A DNA stretch of 64,000 nt from an uncultured Gammaproteobacteria bacterium (GCA_947259885.1 CAMYNW010000001.1:148216-212215); one strand, 5' to 3'. Positions 10,860-19,290 are shown, counted from the first letter of the stretch. A program made the numbers and translations. Notes: generated by a model from the sequence alone, not told the origin.

Positions 10860-11023
10860 TTTGCAGCAATTAAAGGTTTCTAACAGCATTGTTTCATGGA
10901 TCCTTGTTTGGGCTGAGAAGTGGCTTTAAGTCTAGCGAATACACCGTGCTTCATGCGTCGTCTGAATTTGCCTCGAAACGACGCAGTATTATACTGATTC
11001 TAATTTGTTTTTTGGAATTTCAA

Positions 11024-11632
11024 TTACACAAAAATCGGTCCCAACTCCAGGTAGCCATCGTATATAAGTTTGAGCGCTACATAGAAAATAACAGCCAGGC
11101 CCAAATAGCCAATCCAGCGATATTTCTGCAGAATGTTGGCAATCCAGTTGGCAAAAAACATCATAAACAGAATAGAAATAGTCAGACCTATAACCAGCAA
11201 TCCACTGTGTCCATCGGCAACACCGGCAACCGCAATGACATTGTCGAGTGACATCGACAAATCAGCCACGATGATTTGAAAAATCGCTGATAACAATGGC
11301 GGGTTTTCATGCCCTGGGTTCATTTCGGAATCCGAGGCTTCAGATATGTCGCTGGCTTCTCGTAACTCCTGCCAAAGTTTCCAGCATACCCACAGCAATA
11401 GCAGACCGCCCGCCAAGGCCAGCCCTTTAATCGCGAGCAATTGCACCGTGAGTAAAGCGAAAACCACTCTGAGTACAACAGCGGCCCCAACCCCGTAAAG
11501 TATGACTTTACGGCGATATTCAGGTGAGAATCGGGATGCTACCAGACCGATCACGATGGCATTGTCACCGGCTAAAACCAGGTCGACAAACAGGATTTGC
11601 AGAAGCTTGGAAGCTTGATCTAGAAATTCCAT
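11024..11632 (-). CDS. TerC family integral membrane protein (short YjbE-like type)
   Basis: 202 aa and polytopic, with the duplicated TerC motif (LAGDNAIVIG ... SLDNVIAVAG). Confidence 0.85.
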   Translation of the reverse strand: MEFLDQASKLLQILFVDLVLAGDNAIVIGLVASRFSPEYRRKVILYGVGAAVVLRVVFALLTVQLLAIKGLALAGGLLLLWVCWKLWQELREASDISEASDSEMNPGHENPPLLSAIFQIIVADLSMSLDNVIAVAGVADGHSGLLVIGLTISILFMMFFANWIANILQKYRWIGYLGLAVIFYVALKLIYDGYLELGPIFV

Positions 11633-11640
11633 GAAAGGGT

Positions 11641-11668
11641 CCGTTACAACAGGCGCCTGTTGTAACGG
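11641..11668. promoter_or_regulatory. Perfect 28-bp palindrome (13-bp arms, CG centre) between the divergent TerC and MFS genes
   Basis: CCGTTACAACAGG-CG-CCTGTTGTAACGG read directly from the sequence. It lies 8 nt upstream of the TerC ATG (minus strand) and 87 nt upstream of the MFS start. The structure is certain; the function (operator or 5'-UTR hairpin) is inferred. Confidence 0.5.
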
Positions 11669-11754
11669 CTTGGACGATGGAATTCAACCCTGGGGCCATT
11701 TTTCGAACCTATTCAAAGCATGTACATTGAATTGCCAAGCTGCTAAAAGCCCGT

Positions 11755-12936
11755 ATGCTTAGAAAAAATCTGTTGTTACTAGCGACCTGTCAGGGATTAA
11801 TGCTGTCGTCGACGTCGTTGACGATGGCTACTTCAGCCTTGGTGGGAGTCAGTCTGGCGCCTAGAGCCTCGCTAGCGACTTTACCGTTGGGGCTAACGTA
11901 CCTCAGCATGATGCTCACTATGATTCCCGGTTCGCTGCTGATGAAGCGCTATGGCAGGCGTGTTGGGTTCACGCTCGGTGGGTTTGCCGGAATTTTTGGC
12001 GGTTCAATCTCGGCGATAGCAATCTATAACAGCAGTTTCAGTCTGTTCTGTTTCGGTTCAAGTTTGTTTGGTGTTGCAAATGGATTCGCCCAGTTTTATC
12101 GCTTTGCGGCAACTGAAGTTGCCGAGCCCGCGTACAAGAGTCGGGCGATTTCGTGGGTGCTCGCGGGTGGTTTGGCAGCTGCCTTTGTTGGCCCAAACGT
12201 TGCAAGGATCACCAGGGAAATGATTCCTGACGCAATGTTTTCAGCTTCTTACGCCTGCATCGCAATATTTTCTTTGTGCGTGATATTGGTGCAATTCTTC
12301 CTGCGAATTCCGATTCCATCTGACGAGGAAGTTTCAGGGCATCGGCGTCCTCTGACATTTGTGTTGACGCGACCAGTGTTTATGGTTGCCGCGCTGTGCG
12401 CAATGATTGCGTATGGCACTATGAATTTGCTGATGACGGCCACCCCTCTGGCAATGGATATGCGTAGCCTCCCGTTTAGCGACACGGCCATTGTTATACA
12501 ATGGCATATCGTCGGTATGTTCGCGCCGTCCTTCTTTACTGGCAATCTGATCCACCGGTTCGGCGTTTTGAGAGTAATGTTTGTTGGAGCATTGCTGCTT
12601 CTTGGGTGTGCGCTGGTTAGTTTGTTCGGTCAATCCTACACCCAATTTTTTTCAGGCCTGGTATTGCTTGGTGTAGGTTGGAACTTTCTATTCGTGGGGG
12701 GAACAACCTTGTTAACGGAAGTTTATCTACCTGCAGAAAAGGGAGCTGTCCAGGGTATTAACGATTTTATGGTGTTTTCAGCTACAGCGTTTACCGCGCT
12801 TACTTCGGGATATTTTCACCACGTCCTCGGATGGGAAAAACTGAATCTATTTACAATCCCGATGGTTTGCTTCGCCGCAATTAGCATCCTTATTCTGGGG
12901 ATGAACAGCCGATTAAGAAATATCCAGGCGACCTGA
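11755..12936 (+). CDS. MFS transporter
   Basis: 393 aa with about 12 predicted TM segments and an MFS-type loop motif (MKRYGRRVGF). Confidence 0.85.
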   Translation: MLRKNLLLLATCQGLMLSSTSLTMATSALVGVSLAPRASLATLPLGLTYLSMMLTMIPGSLLMKRYGRRVGFTLGGFAGIFGGSISAIAIYNSSFSLFCFGSSLFGVANGFAQFYRFAATEVAEPAYKSRAISWVLAGGLAAAFVGPNVARITREMIPDAMFSASYACIAIFSLCVILVQFFLRIPIPSDEEVSGHRRPLTFVLTRPVFMVAALCAMIAYGTMNLLMTATPLAMDMRSLPFSDTAIVIQWHIVGMFAPSFFTGNLIHRFGVLRVMFVGALLLLGCALVSLFGQSYTQFFSGLVLLGVGWNFLFVGGTTLLTEVYLPAEKGAVQGINDFMVFSATAFTALTSGYFHHVLGWEKLNLFTIPMVCFAAISILILGMNSRLRNIQAT

Positions 12937-12953
12937 TTACATTTTACTCGGTA

Positions 12954-13421
12954 TCATTGCACCTTGATCAGCATGGTGCCTGAAGCGAGATCATGCCATG
13001 CCAGTCTTCTTTGGTTTGTCAGTACCCACAGAAAACCCAGACCAAGCAACGACCAAGAGATCATCGCTACAAAAAACCGTATTAAGGCCTGCGACCAGCT
13101 TGAATCTGCCGCAACCGGGGAGTTTCTGCGACGGTCAATAAGCCGAATTTTCCACGCTCGCATACCAATCGTTTGTCCTCCATGAGTCCAGAACCAGCCA
13201 AAGAAGAGAAACGCCACGGCAATTAAATAGGTTAACCGAATACCCTGGCTAAGCCATTGTGGCCACTGATCGTCAGGCAACAATGGTACAGGTTGCCAGG
13301 CGATAAATATCAGGCATATCAGCACCAGTCCGTCGTACAGTAGTGCAGCGAGCCGACGCCAGAGCGGTGCGGCGACTGATTTGGATTCAGTTGCGTGGGA
13401 CTGTTCGTTATTGGATTGCAT
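12954..13421 (-). CDS. RDD family membrane protein
   Basis: 155 aa with a small three-TM architecture. LWRRLAALLYDGLVL at the first TM and a C-terminal WHDLASGT are typical of the RDD family. Confidence 0.7.
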   Translation of the reverse strand: MQSNNEQSHATESKSVAAPLWRRLAALLYDGLVLICLIFIAWQPVPLLPDDQWPQWLSQGIRLTYLIAVAFLFFGWFWTHGGQTIGMRAWKIRLIDRRRNSPVAADSSWSQALIRFFVAMISWSLLGLGFLWVLTNQRRLAWHDLASGTMLIKVQ

Positions 13422-13463
13422 TTAGCGACCTAAGTCATTGTTTTGTATCTCTACGCACAGAAG

Positions 13464-13658
13464 TTATGCACATTGGCGTTCTTATCAATTTCGGATTTAC
13501 CAACTATTCTAAATTAGAGTTTAAATTCAAGTAATCCCATTATCTCATTGAAAAAACAGCAATAAATATTATTCTTCCTGTGATCAACACTGACTAGTAG
13601 GTAGACCGAATCGAATCCTGTCTGCGGCCACACAGAGTTATCCACAGAGTTATCCACA
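13464..13658 (+). promoter_or_regulatory. Cluster of three same-orientation DnaA-box consensus sites flanking an AT-rich stretch
   Basis: TTATGCACA at 13464-13472 matches TTATNCACA. Perfect TTATCCACA sites lie at 13638-13646 and 13650-13658, created by a 12-nt tandem unit (CCACAGAGTTAT). An AT-rich tract lies between them at about 13480-13570. Confidence 0.6.
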
Positions 13659-13775
13659 TGTCGACTCGAGAGGTAACGCGTCAAAGTATATAGAGGTCAT
13701 AAGCTGCAATCGGAGTGTAATCGAACTAGATGTTGCATAGCGCAATAAACAGCGAGTAATTATAGAGATATAGGC

Positions 13776-15149
13776 GTGGTTTTGAGTAGAATCCGGTGTG
13801 CACCGAAACGGCCTGCTATGATTTTTTCCAGCGAATCCCCTATCACATTCGACGATGAGCTCACGACTGAAACTGACGTGGTGGTAATCGGGGGCGGTAT
13901 TATCGGTGTATCAACCGCGTGGTATCTAACAAGAGCCGGTGTCAGAGTAACGATTTGCGAAAAAGGAAGGATTGCGGGTGAACAATCGAGCCGCAATTGG
14001 GGCTGGGTAAGGCAGCAGGGCAGGGATGAAGCTGAGCTGCCGATCATGATCGAAAGTAATCAGATCTGGCAGACACTTTCCGAAGAGATCGGCTCGGATA
14101 CAGGTTTTCGGCAATACGGAGTGATGTATGTTGCAGAGTCTGAACGGGAAATGGCCGAATATAGAGATTGGGTCGAACTCGCAAAGCACTATGATCTTAA
14201 ATCGATCCTTCTGACCGCACAGGAGGTGCAGGAGCAAGTTCACGGTTTCGAAGGAGCATGGAAAGGAGGAGTGGTTACGCCAAGCGATGGTCGGGCAGAA
14301 CCTTTTATTGTAGTACCAGCCATGGCCCAAGGTTGTCAGAAAAGGGGCGCGTTGATTAAAGAAAATTGCGCTGTACGCGGTATCTCAACTCAAGCTGGAC
14401 AGATCGCAGGCGTGATTACTGAGCACGGTGAGATCCTATGCCGCGCAGTTGTTTGTGCCGCCGGTGCATGGTCATCTATGTTCACCGGTCATGTGGGATT
14501 ATCTTTTCCGCAATTAACAGTGAAGTCAACAGTGGCCAGAACTGCAAAGGCGCCAGAGGGGTTTCTAGGAAACGCGGCCTGTGAAGACTTTGCAATGAGG
14601 CGTCGCCAGGATGGCGGTTATACCTTGGCCCCCTCCGGTATTCACGAGCATTTTGTCAATCGCGACAGTTTTCGTTTTTTTGGGGTGTTCCTGCCTAACT
14701 TGGTTGAATCCTGGAGTGAGACCACGCTCAGACTCGGTGGTGATGCGCCAGGAGGTTGGAATGCGACCAGAAAATGGAGCGACGACGAGCCCTCGCCGTT
14801 TGAAACAAACAGAGTATTGAATCCGATACCAGCGGAATCTACCTTAGGCGCATTGCGCGAACGTCTTTCGCGTCGTCTTCCGGCTCTCGGCAATATTGAT
14901 TTTGTCGAAACCTGGGCCGGAATGATCGATACCACACCGGACGTGGTACCAGTAATGGACCAGATTTCCTCACTGCCGGGATTTTATTTAGCGAGTGGAT
15001 TCAGCGGTCACGGGTTTGGAATCGGTCCCGCTGCAGGGCGTGTGATGGCGGATCTGGTCCAAGGCAATTCTCCCGGCCACGATTTAACTCGTTTTCGATT
15101 TTGCCGATTTAGTGACGGGAGCAAACTCGACCGTGGACCGTCGCTGTAA
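13776..15149 (+). CDS. FAD-dependent oxidoreductase (DAO/D-amino-acid oxidase superfamily)
   Basis: 457 aa with the dinucleotide-binding motif VVVIGGGIIGVSTAWYL and C-terminal SGFSGHGFGIGP. The start may be the ATG at 13818 rather than the GTG at 13776. Confidence 0.85.
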   Translation: MVLSRIRCAPKRPAMIFSSESPITFDDELTTETDVVVIGGGIIGVSTAWYLTRAGVRVTICEKGRIAGEQSSRNWGWVRQQGRDEAELPIMIESNQIWQTLSEEIGSDTGFRQYGVMYVAESEREMAEYRDWVELAKHYDLKSILLTAQEVQEQVHGFEGAWKGGVVTPSDGRAEPFIVVPAMAQGCQKRGALIKENCAVRGISTQAGQIAGVITEHGEILCRAVVCAAGAWSSMFTGHVGLSFPQLTVKSTVARTAKAPEGFLGNAACEDFAMRRRQDGGYTLAPSGIHEHFVNRDSFRFFGVFLPNLVESWSETTLRLGGDAPGGWNATRKWSDDEPSPFETNRVLNPIPAESTLGALRERLSRRLPALGNIDFVETWAGMIDTTPDVVPVMDQISSLPGFYLASGFSGHGFGIGPAAGRVMADLVQGNSPGHDLTRFRFCRFSDGSKLDRGPSL

Positions 15150-15357
15150 ACCTCAGCGATCTGTCTTGCTCGTGTCAGATAACACGACTGTGAAGATTAA
15201 CATTTGTTTAAGTCGTAAAAGGGAACGTCCATGGAGTTCGTTTAGATGACTTAGGCTGCTCCGACGCCCTTAACGGACTAATTCAGGGACCATCAACTAT
15301 TTTCCCAAGGCGGAAATTGATATAAAACTGATAATTTTTGCGTCCGTGTTGCATGAA

Positions 15358-15573
15358 TCAATTTATAGGTGAACATGCAAGGGCCTTTGTGAGACCCTCT
15401 GACAGGATGCGGTTTAGGTTGTGCTTATTCACTATATTTTGTTGATGATACAGAATTTGTTTGATGACGGCTGATTCTTCGATATAGGCAATACTCCTAA
15501 CAATATCGTCACATTGCTACAAGGTTTCCATGTCGATGTTCAAAACCTGTTTTAATCCCTGCGCCGATGACCT
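15358..15573 (-). pseudogene. Remnant of the 3' end of an IS91-family (Y2/rolling-circle) transposase gene
   Basis: The minus-strand translation is RSSAQGLKQVLNIDMETL*QCDDIVRSIAYIEESAVIKQILYHQ...ILSEGLTKA. It aligns with the conserved IS91-family C-terminus as I recall it (MTWAQRLKRVFNIDIETCSGCGGAVKVIACIEDPIVIKQILDHL...LPESRAPP). There is an in-frame TAG at 15517-15519 and the CxxC cysteines are lost. No upstream transposase body remains. Confidence 0.6.
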
Positions 15574-15649
15574 TACGTAACTTTCGGTGGTTCCATGTAT
15601 CTTCCGGTCTTCCAAAACTTGAAAACTTTAGCTATGCGATGATTGACCC

Positions 15650-17452
15650 ATGCCCAACGAAGCATTAGAAGACCGAAAAAAATCCAGTTCAGTTAAACCA
15701 TTACAGGCGCTACTGCCGTTTATTCAACCCTACTGGCGCACGCTGCTGGCAGCTCTGGGGGCACTGTCGGTAGCGGCAGCGGCAATGCTGACGCTGCCGG
15801 TGGCTGTGCGCTTTGTTATTGATCGTGGCCTTGCGGCCGAGGATGCTGCAACCATCGATCGATATTTTGCCTACCTGCTGCTGGTGGCAGGTGTGTTTGG
15901 TCTGTTCGCCGCGCTTCGTTTTTACTTGATAACCTGGCTGGGCGAGCGGGTGGTAGCGGATATTCGAAGTGCGGTCTATCGCCATATCGTCCGACTCGAT
16001 CCTGCATTTTTCGAGATCACACGGACCGGCGAGGTGTTGTCCCGCCTTACCACGGATACCACGCTGATCCAGTCCATTGCCGGAGTAAATCTCTCCATCA
16101 CTCTGCGCTCTGTTCTGACTCTGATCGGTTCACTGCTTATGCTGGCGGTGACCAGCCCGGAACTGATGGGCTTGATCCTAATACTAGTGCCACTGGTGAT
16201 CATACCCATCATCCTGATTGCGCGGCGTGTGCGAAAGTTATCCAGGGAGACCCAGGACCGGATTGCCGATACAAGTGGTTTGGCTGGTGAGACATTGAAC
16301 GCGATCCAGACAGTCCAGGCATATACCCTTGAGAATCTTCAGACCGAGCAATTTGACCACACTGTTGAGTTAACATTTGTCACTGCTGTTCGCCGGATTC
16401 AGGTTCGCGCGATGCTGACCGCCGTGGCTGTAGTATTTATCTTCGGCGCCATTACCCTGGTGCTCTGGATCGGCGCTCACAATGTTCTTGCCGGCGAAAT
16501 GACGAGTGGGCAGCTCGGTCAATTCCTGCTGTATGCCATGTTTGTTGCCAGCTCGTCAGCATCCCTGAGCGAAATGTGGGGTGAGATGCAGCGTGCAGCA
16601 GGAGCTATGGAGCGGCTGCTGGAGTTGATGAACGCCGAACCGAATATCAGCGCACCGCCAGATCCGGTCAAAATGCCTCTGCCAGGAAGGGGTGAAATCG
16701 ATATGGACAAGGTAAGTTTCAGTTATCCGTCGAGGCCCGGGATTGTGGCTATCGATCAGTTCTCACTCAAGGTCAAGCCGGGCGAGACCATTGCATTTGT
16801 CGGCCCCTCAGGGGCCGGCAAGAGTACGCTTTTTCAACTGCTTCTGCGTTTTTATGATCCCTGCGCGGGCCAAATCAAGATCGATGGAACCAACCTGATT
16901 GAAGCGGATCCGCGGGATGTGCGTGCCGGCATCGGTCTCGTGCCCCAGGACACCGTAATCTTCAGCACCTCGGCCAAGGAAAACATTGCATTCGGAAGGC
17001 CCGGCGCCAGTTCAGATGAAGTCAGGGCGGCAGCGCGTGCGGCGGCCGCGGATCAATTCATCGAAGCACTGCCGGAAGGATACGATACGTTTTTGGGTGA
17101 GCGCGGATCGCGGCTGTCCGGCGGGCAACGTCAGCGTATTGCAATCGCTCGTGCAATTCTTAAGGACCCGCCAATCCTGCTCCTCGATGAAGCAACCAGT
17201 TCGTTGGACGCGGAAAGCGAGCGGCTGGTACAGGAAGCCCTTGAACACCTGATGGAGAAACGCACCACGATTATCATCGCACATCGCCTGGCCACGGTGC
17301 GAAAGGCCGATCGCATCGTTGTGCTGGATCACGGACGCATGATTAATACCGGGAGTCATCGAGAATTGCTGCAACGCGACCCGCTTTACACACGCCTTGC
17401 AGAGCTTCAATTTGGCGAAGCGATCGACAACGGACGATCGTTGAGACAGTAA
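15650..17452 (+). CDS. ABC transporter, fused permease/ATPase (ABCB/MsbA-Atm1-like exporter type)
   Basis: 600 aa with an N-terminal six-TM domain, then Walker A GPSGAGKST, signature LSGGQRQR and Walker B ILLLDEATS. Confidence 0.9.
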   Translation: MPNEALEDRKKSSSVKPLQALLPFIQPYWRTLLAALGALSVAAAAMLTLPVAVRFVIDRGLAAEDAATIDRYFAYLLLVAGVFGLFAALRFYLITWLGERVVADIRSAVYRHIVRLDPAFFEITRTGEVLSRLTTDTTLIQSIAGVNLSITLRSVLTLIGSLLMLAVTSPELMGLILILVPLVIIPIILIARRVRKLSRETQDRIADTSGLAGETLNAIQTVQAYTLENLQTEQFDHTVELTFVTAVRRIQVRAMLTAVAVVFIFGAITLVLWIGAHNVLAGEMTSGQLGQFLLYAMFVASSSASLSEMWGEMQRAAGAMERLLELMNAEPNISAPPDPVKMPLPGRGEIDMDKVSFSYPSRPGIVAIDQFSLKVKPGETIAFVGPSGAGKSTLFQLLLRFYDPCAGQIKIDGTNLIEADPRDVRAGIGLVPQDTVIFSTSAKENIAFGRPGASSDEVRAAARAAAADQFIEALPEGYDTFLGERGSRLSGGQRQRIAIARAILKDPPILLLDEATSSLDAESERLVQEALEHLMEKRTTIIIAHRLATVRKADRIVVLDHGRMINTGSHRELLQRDPLYTRLAELQFGEAIDNGRSLRQ

Positions 17453-17458
17453 GGCTAA

Positions 17459-17603
17459 GGCACTCCGGGCGATGTAAGCCTCGCGCTGCGTTCAGAAATC
17501 ATCGCCAAACTTTACCAAACAGAACCAGACATCACTATCGAAATTTTTTCTTCAAACGCTGCGAGTGATATACAACGTCGCGAAGCTGATATAGTGATTC
17601 GCA
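17459..17603 (+). pseudogene. Internal fragment of a LysR-family regulator (start of the effector-binding domain)
   Basis: The frame is open from 17459: GTPGDVSLALRSEIIAKLYQTEPDITIEIFSSNAASDIQRREADIVIRS. This matches the typical LysR pattern (G.l.i... ...l....P.i.lel......dl.rreaDiaiR). There is no start codon and no HTH-coding region. It is wedged between the ABC transporter stop and the end of the Mrp cluster. Confidence 0.55.
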
Positions 17604-17604
17604 G

Positions 17605-19290
17605 TTACAGCAATGCCGAAGTTAGAAGTATTCCTGCCAGCATTATCGCAACCCATAACACCATTCCGCCACTGGGCCAGGTTCGTGCCAGGATTCCGTG
17701 GGGCCCATGGTGTCGATATAATCGTTTTATAAACCTCTCAATACGCTGATGAATGGCATGTTCAATTCGAATGTGGGTGTTGGAGGTTTTGACGGTGAAT
17801 TCTTTGGCGAAAATGTGCAGGAAGCGGCGGTAAAACCAATCAAAATCAAGACTGATGGTTAGCGTACGTTTCATCAATGGCAGCATTACGAAGAAAGCAA
17901 AGCCCGCAAATAACAGCAACTGAAACTGTGTCACAAGATGTGAGGCGGTGTAAGGCTGATACTCTACCGGATAGGGCAGCAGCCGATACAGCGGGCCCGG
18001 AAACAGGCCAATAGCAATACAGAGAAATGAAAACCCCCACATGCTGAACCGCATATTGCCGGGAGGGTCTGGTGGGCGCTGTCCTGAGTCTTTCTGGAAG
18101 AAAACGAACCACGGAAATTTAATTCCCGCATGCAGAAACACGCCTGCAGATGCCGCAATTAACAAAAACCAGACAGCCACCATCCCTTGCGAGGCTGCCG
18201 CAGCCGTTTCCAAAGACTTTGTCACAAATCCTGAAGTGAATGGAAATGAGGATATCGCCAGGGCGCCGATAATTCCATTGATTGCGGTTTGTGGCATGCT
18301 TTGAAATAAACCGCCCAGGTCGGTACATTTCCTTTTCCCTGTCATCATAAGCACGCTTCCCGCCGACATCAGTAATAGTGCTTTATATATGATATGTGCA
18401 AAGGCATGAGCAGCTGCGCCATTTAGCGCGAGCTCGGTTCCGATACCAATTGCGCAGACCATGAAGCCAACCTGATTGACGATGCTGTATGCCAGAATTC
18501 TGCGCATATCGTTTTCGAGCAACGCATAGATAATTCCATAAAACACCATATACAATCCGATGTAGATCAGTATCGTGGCACCCGGAAAACCAACCAGCAA
18601 AGCATATACCGCTGTTTTGGTGGTGAAAGCGGAGAGAAACACCATGCCGCTCGGACTGGCTTCAGGATATGCGTCAGCGATCCAGGCAGATAAAGGTGGT
18701 GCCCCTGCATTCACTAGAAAGCCAACCAGGATCAATATGCTTGCGAGATTATCTGGTTGCATAGCGGTGAAGTCGGTGGACCCCGTGGTATGCACATGGA
18801 GAATGATGCCGGCCATCAGGACCACGCCTCCGAGCAGATGAATCATTAGATAACGAAAGCTGGCTCGATAGGCAGACTGGCTGCCCGCGGCCCAGAGTAC
18901 CATGGTTGATCCGAGGGCCATTATTTCCCAGAAAATGAATAGCGAAATCAGGTCACCGCAGAAGGTCACACCGATTGCAGAACCGGCATATACGTAAGCA
19001 GCAGTTAGCTCGAGTATTTTGGCTTGACCCATTGCATAGATACCACCTGCAAAAGTCATGATGCAAAAGATGGAAGCGAACAGGCGTCCTGTCGGCGTTG
19101 AGTTAACAGGACTCAACTGATAATCGAGAAAGCTTAGTACGAGGGTATAATCGTTGGGTATCCACCAAACCAAGACCAATGTCATCACTGGCAGCAGGAC
19201 GATGAGTGCTTGCTGAATCTTACCCTTTAAAAAGGGCAGGGCTATTGCGCCAAGCACTAATATAAGCCCAGGTGGAAAGTTGAATTCCAT
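17605..19290 (-). CDS. Mrp/NuoL-M-N-type proton-conducting antiporter subunit (third D-like subunit) with an extended C-terminus
   Basis: 561 aa with the typical antiporter-like core (IFWEIMALGS..., multiple TMs). About 85 extra C-terminal residues consist of a charged amphipathic stretch (FYRRFLHIFAKEFTVKTSNTHIRIEHAIHQRIERFIKRLYRHH) followed by one final TM. Confidence 0.85.
   Translation of the reverse strand: MEFNFPPGLILVLGAIALPFLKGKIQQALIVLLPVMTLVLVWWIPNDYTLVLSFLDYQLSPVNSTPTGRLFASIFCIMTFAGGIYAMGQAKILELTAAYVYAGSAIGVTFCGDLISLFIFWEIMALGSTMVLWAAGSQSAYRASFRYLMIHLLGGVVLMAGIILHVHTTGSTDFTAMQPDNLASILILVGFLVNAGAPPLSAWIADAYPEASPSGMVFLSAFTTKTAVYALLVGFPGATILIYIGLYMVFYGIIYALLENDMRRILAYSIVNQVGFMVCAIGIGTELALNGAAAHAFAHIIYKALLLMSAGSVLMMTGKRKCTDLGGLFQSMPQTAINGIIGALAISSFPFTSGFVTKSLETAAAASQGMVAVWFLLIAASAGVFLHAGIKFPWFVFFQKDSGQRPPDPPGNMRFSMWGFSFLCIAIGLFPGPLYRLLPYPVEYQPYTASHLVTQFQLLLFAGFAFFVMLPLMKRTLTISLDFDWFYRRFLHIFAKEFTVKTSNTHIRIEHAIHQRIERFIKRLYRHHGPHGILARTWPSGGMVLWVAIMLAGILLTSALL

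Noticed and set aside
10889-11251. 120-aa plus-strand ORF overlapping the TerC gene
   Set aside because: It is antisense to a well-supported TerC-family membrane protein and its peptide has no features.
11633-11754. yybP-ykoY (Mn2+) riboswitch upstream of the TerC-family gene
   Set aside because: I looked for the conserved core (GGGGAGUAG-type four-way-junction sequences) on the minus strand and did not find it. Only the 28-bp palindrome is present.
13421-13776. Possibility that the DnaA-box region is the chromosomal origin (oriC)
   Set aside because: There are only three boxes, I saw a single GATC and no AT-rich 13-mer-type repeats, and there are no dnaA/dnaN/gidA/mioC/rpmH neighbours. It is kept as a DnaA-box cluster of unknown role, not called as oriC.
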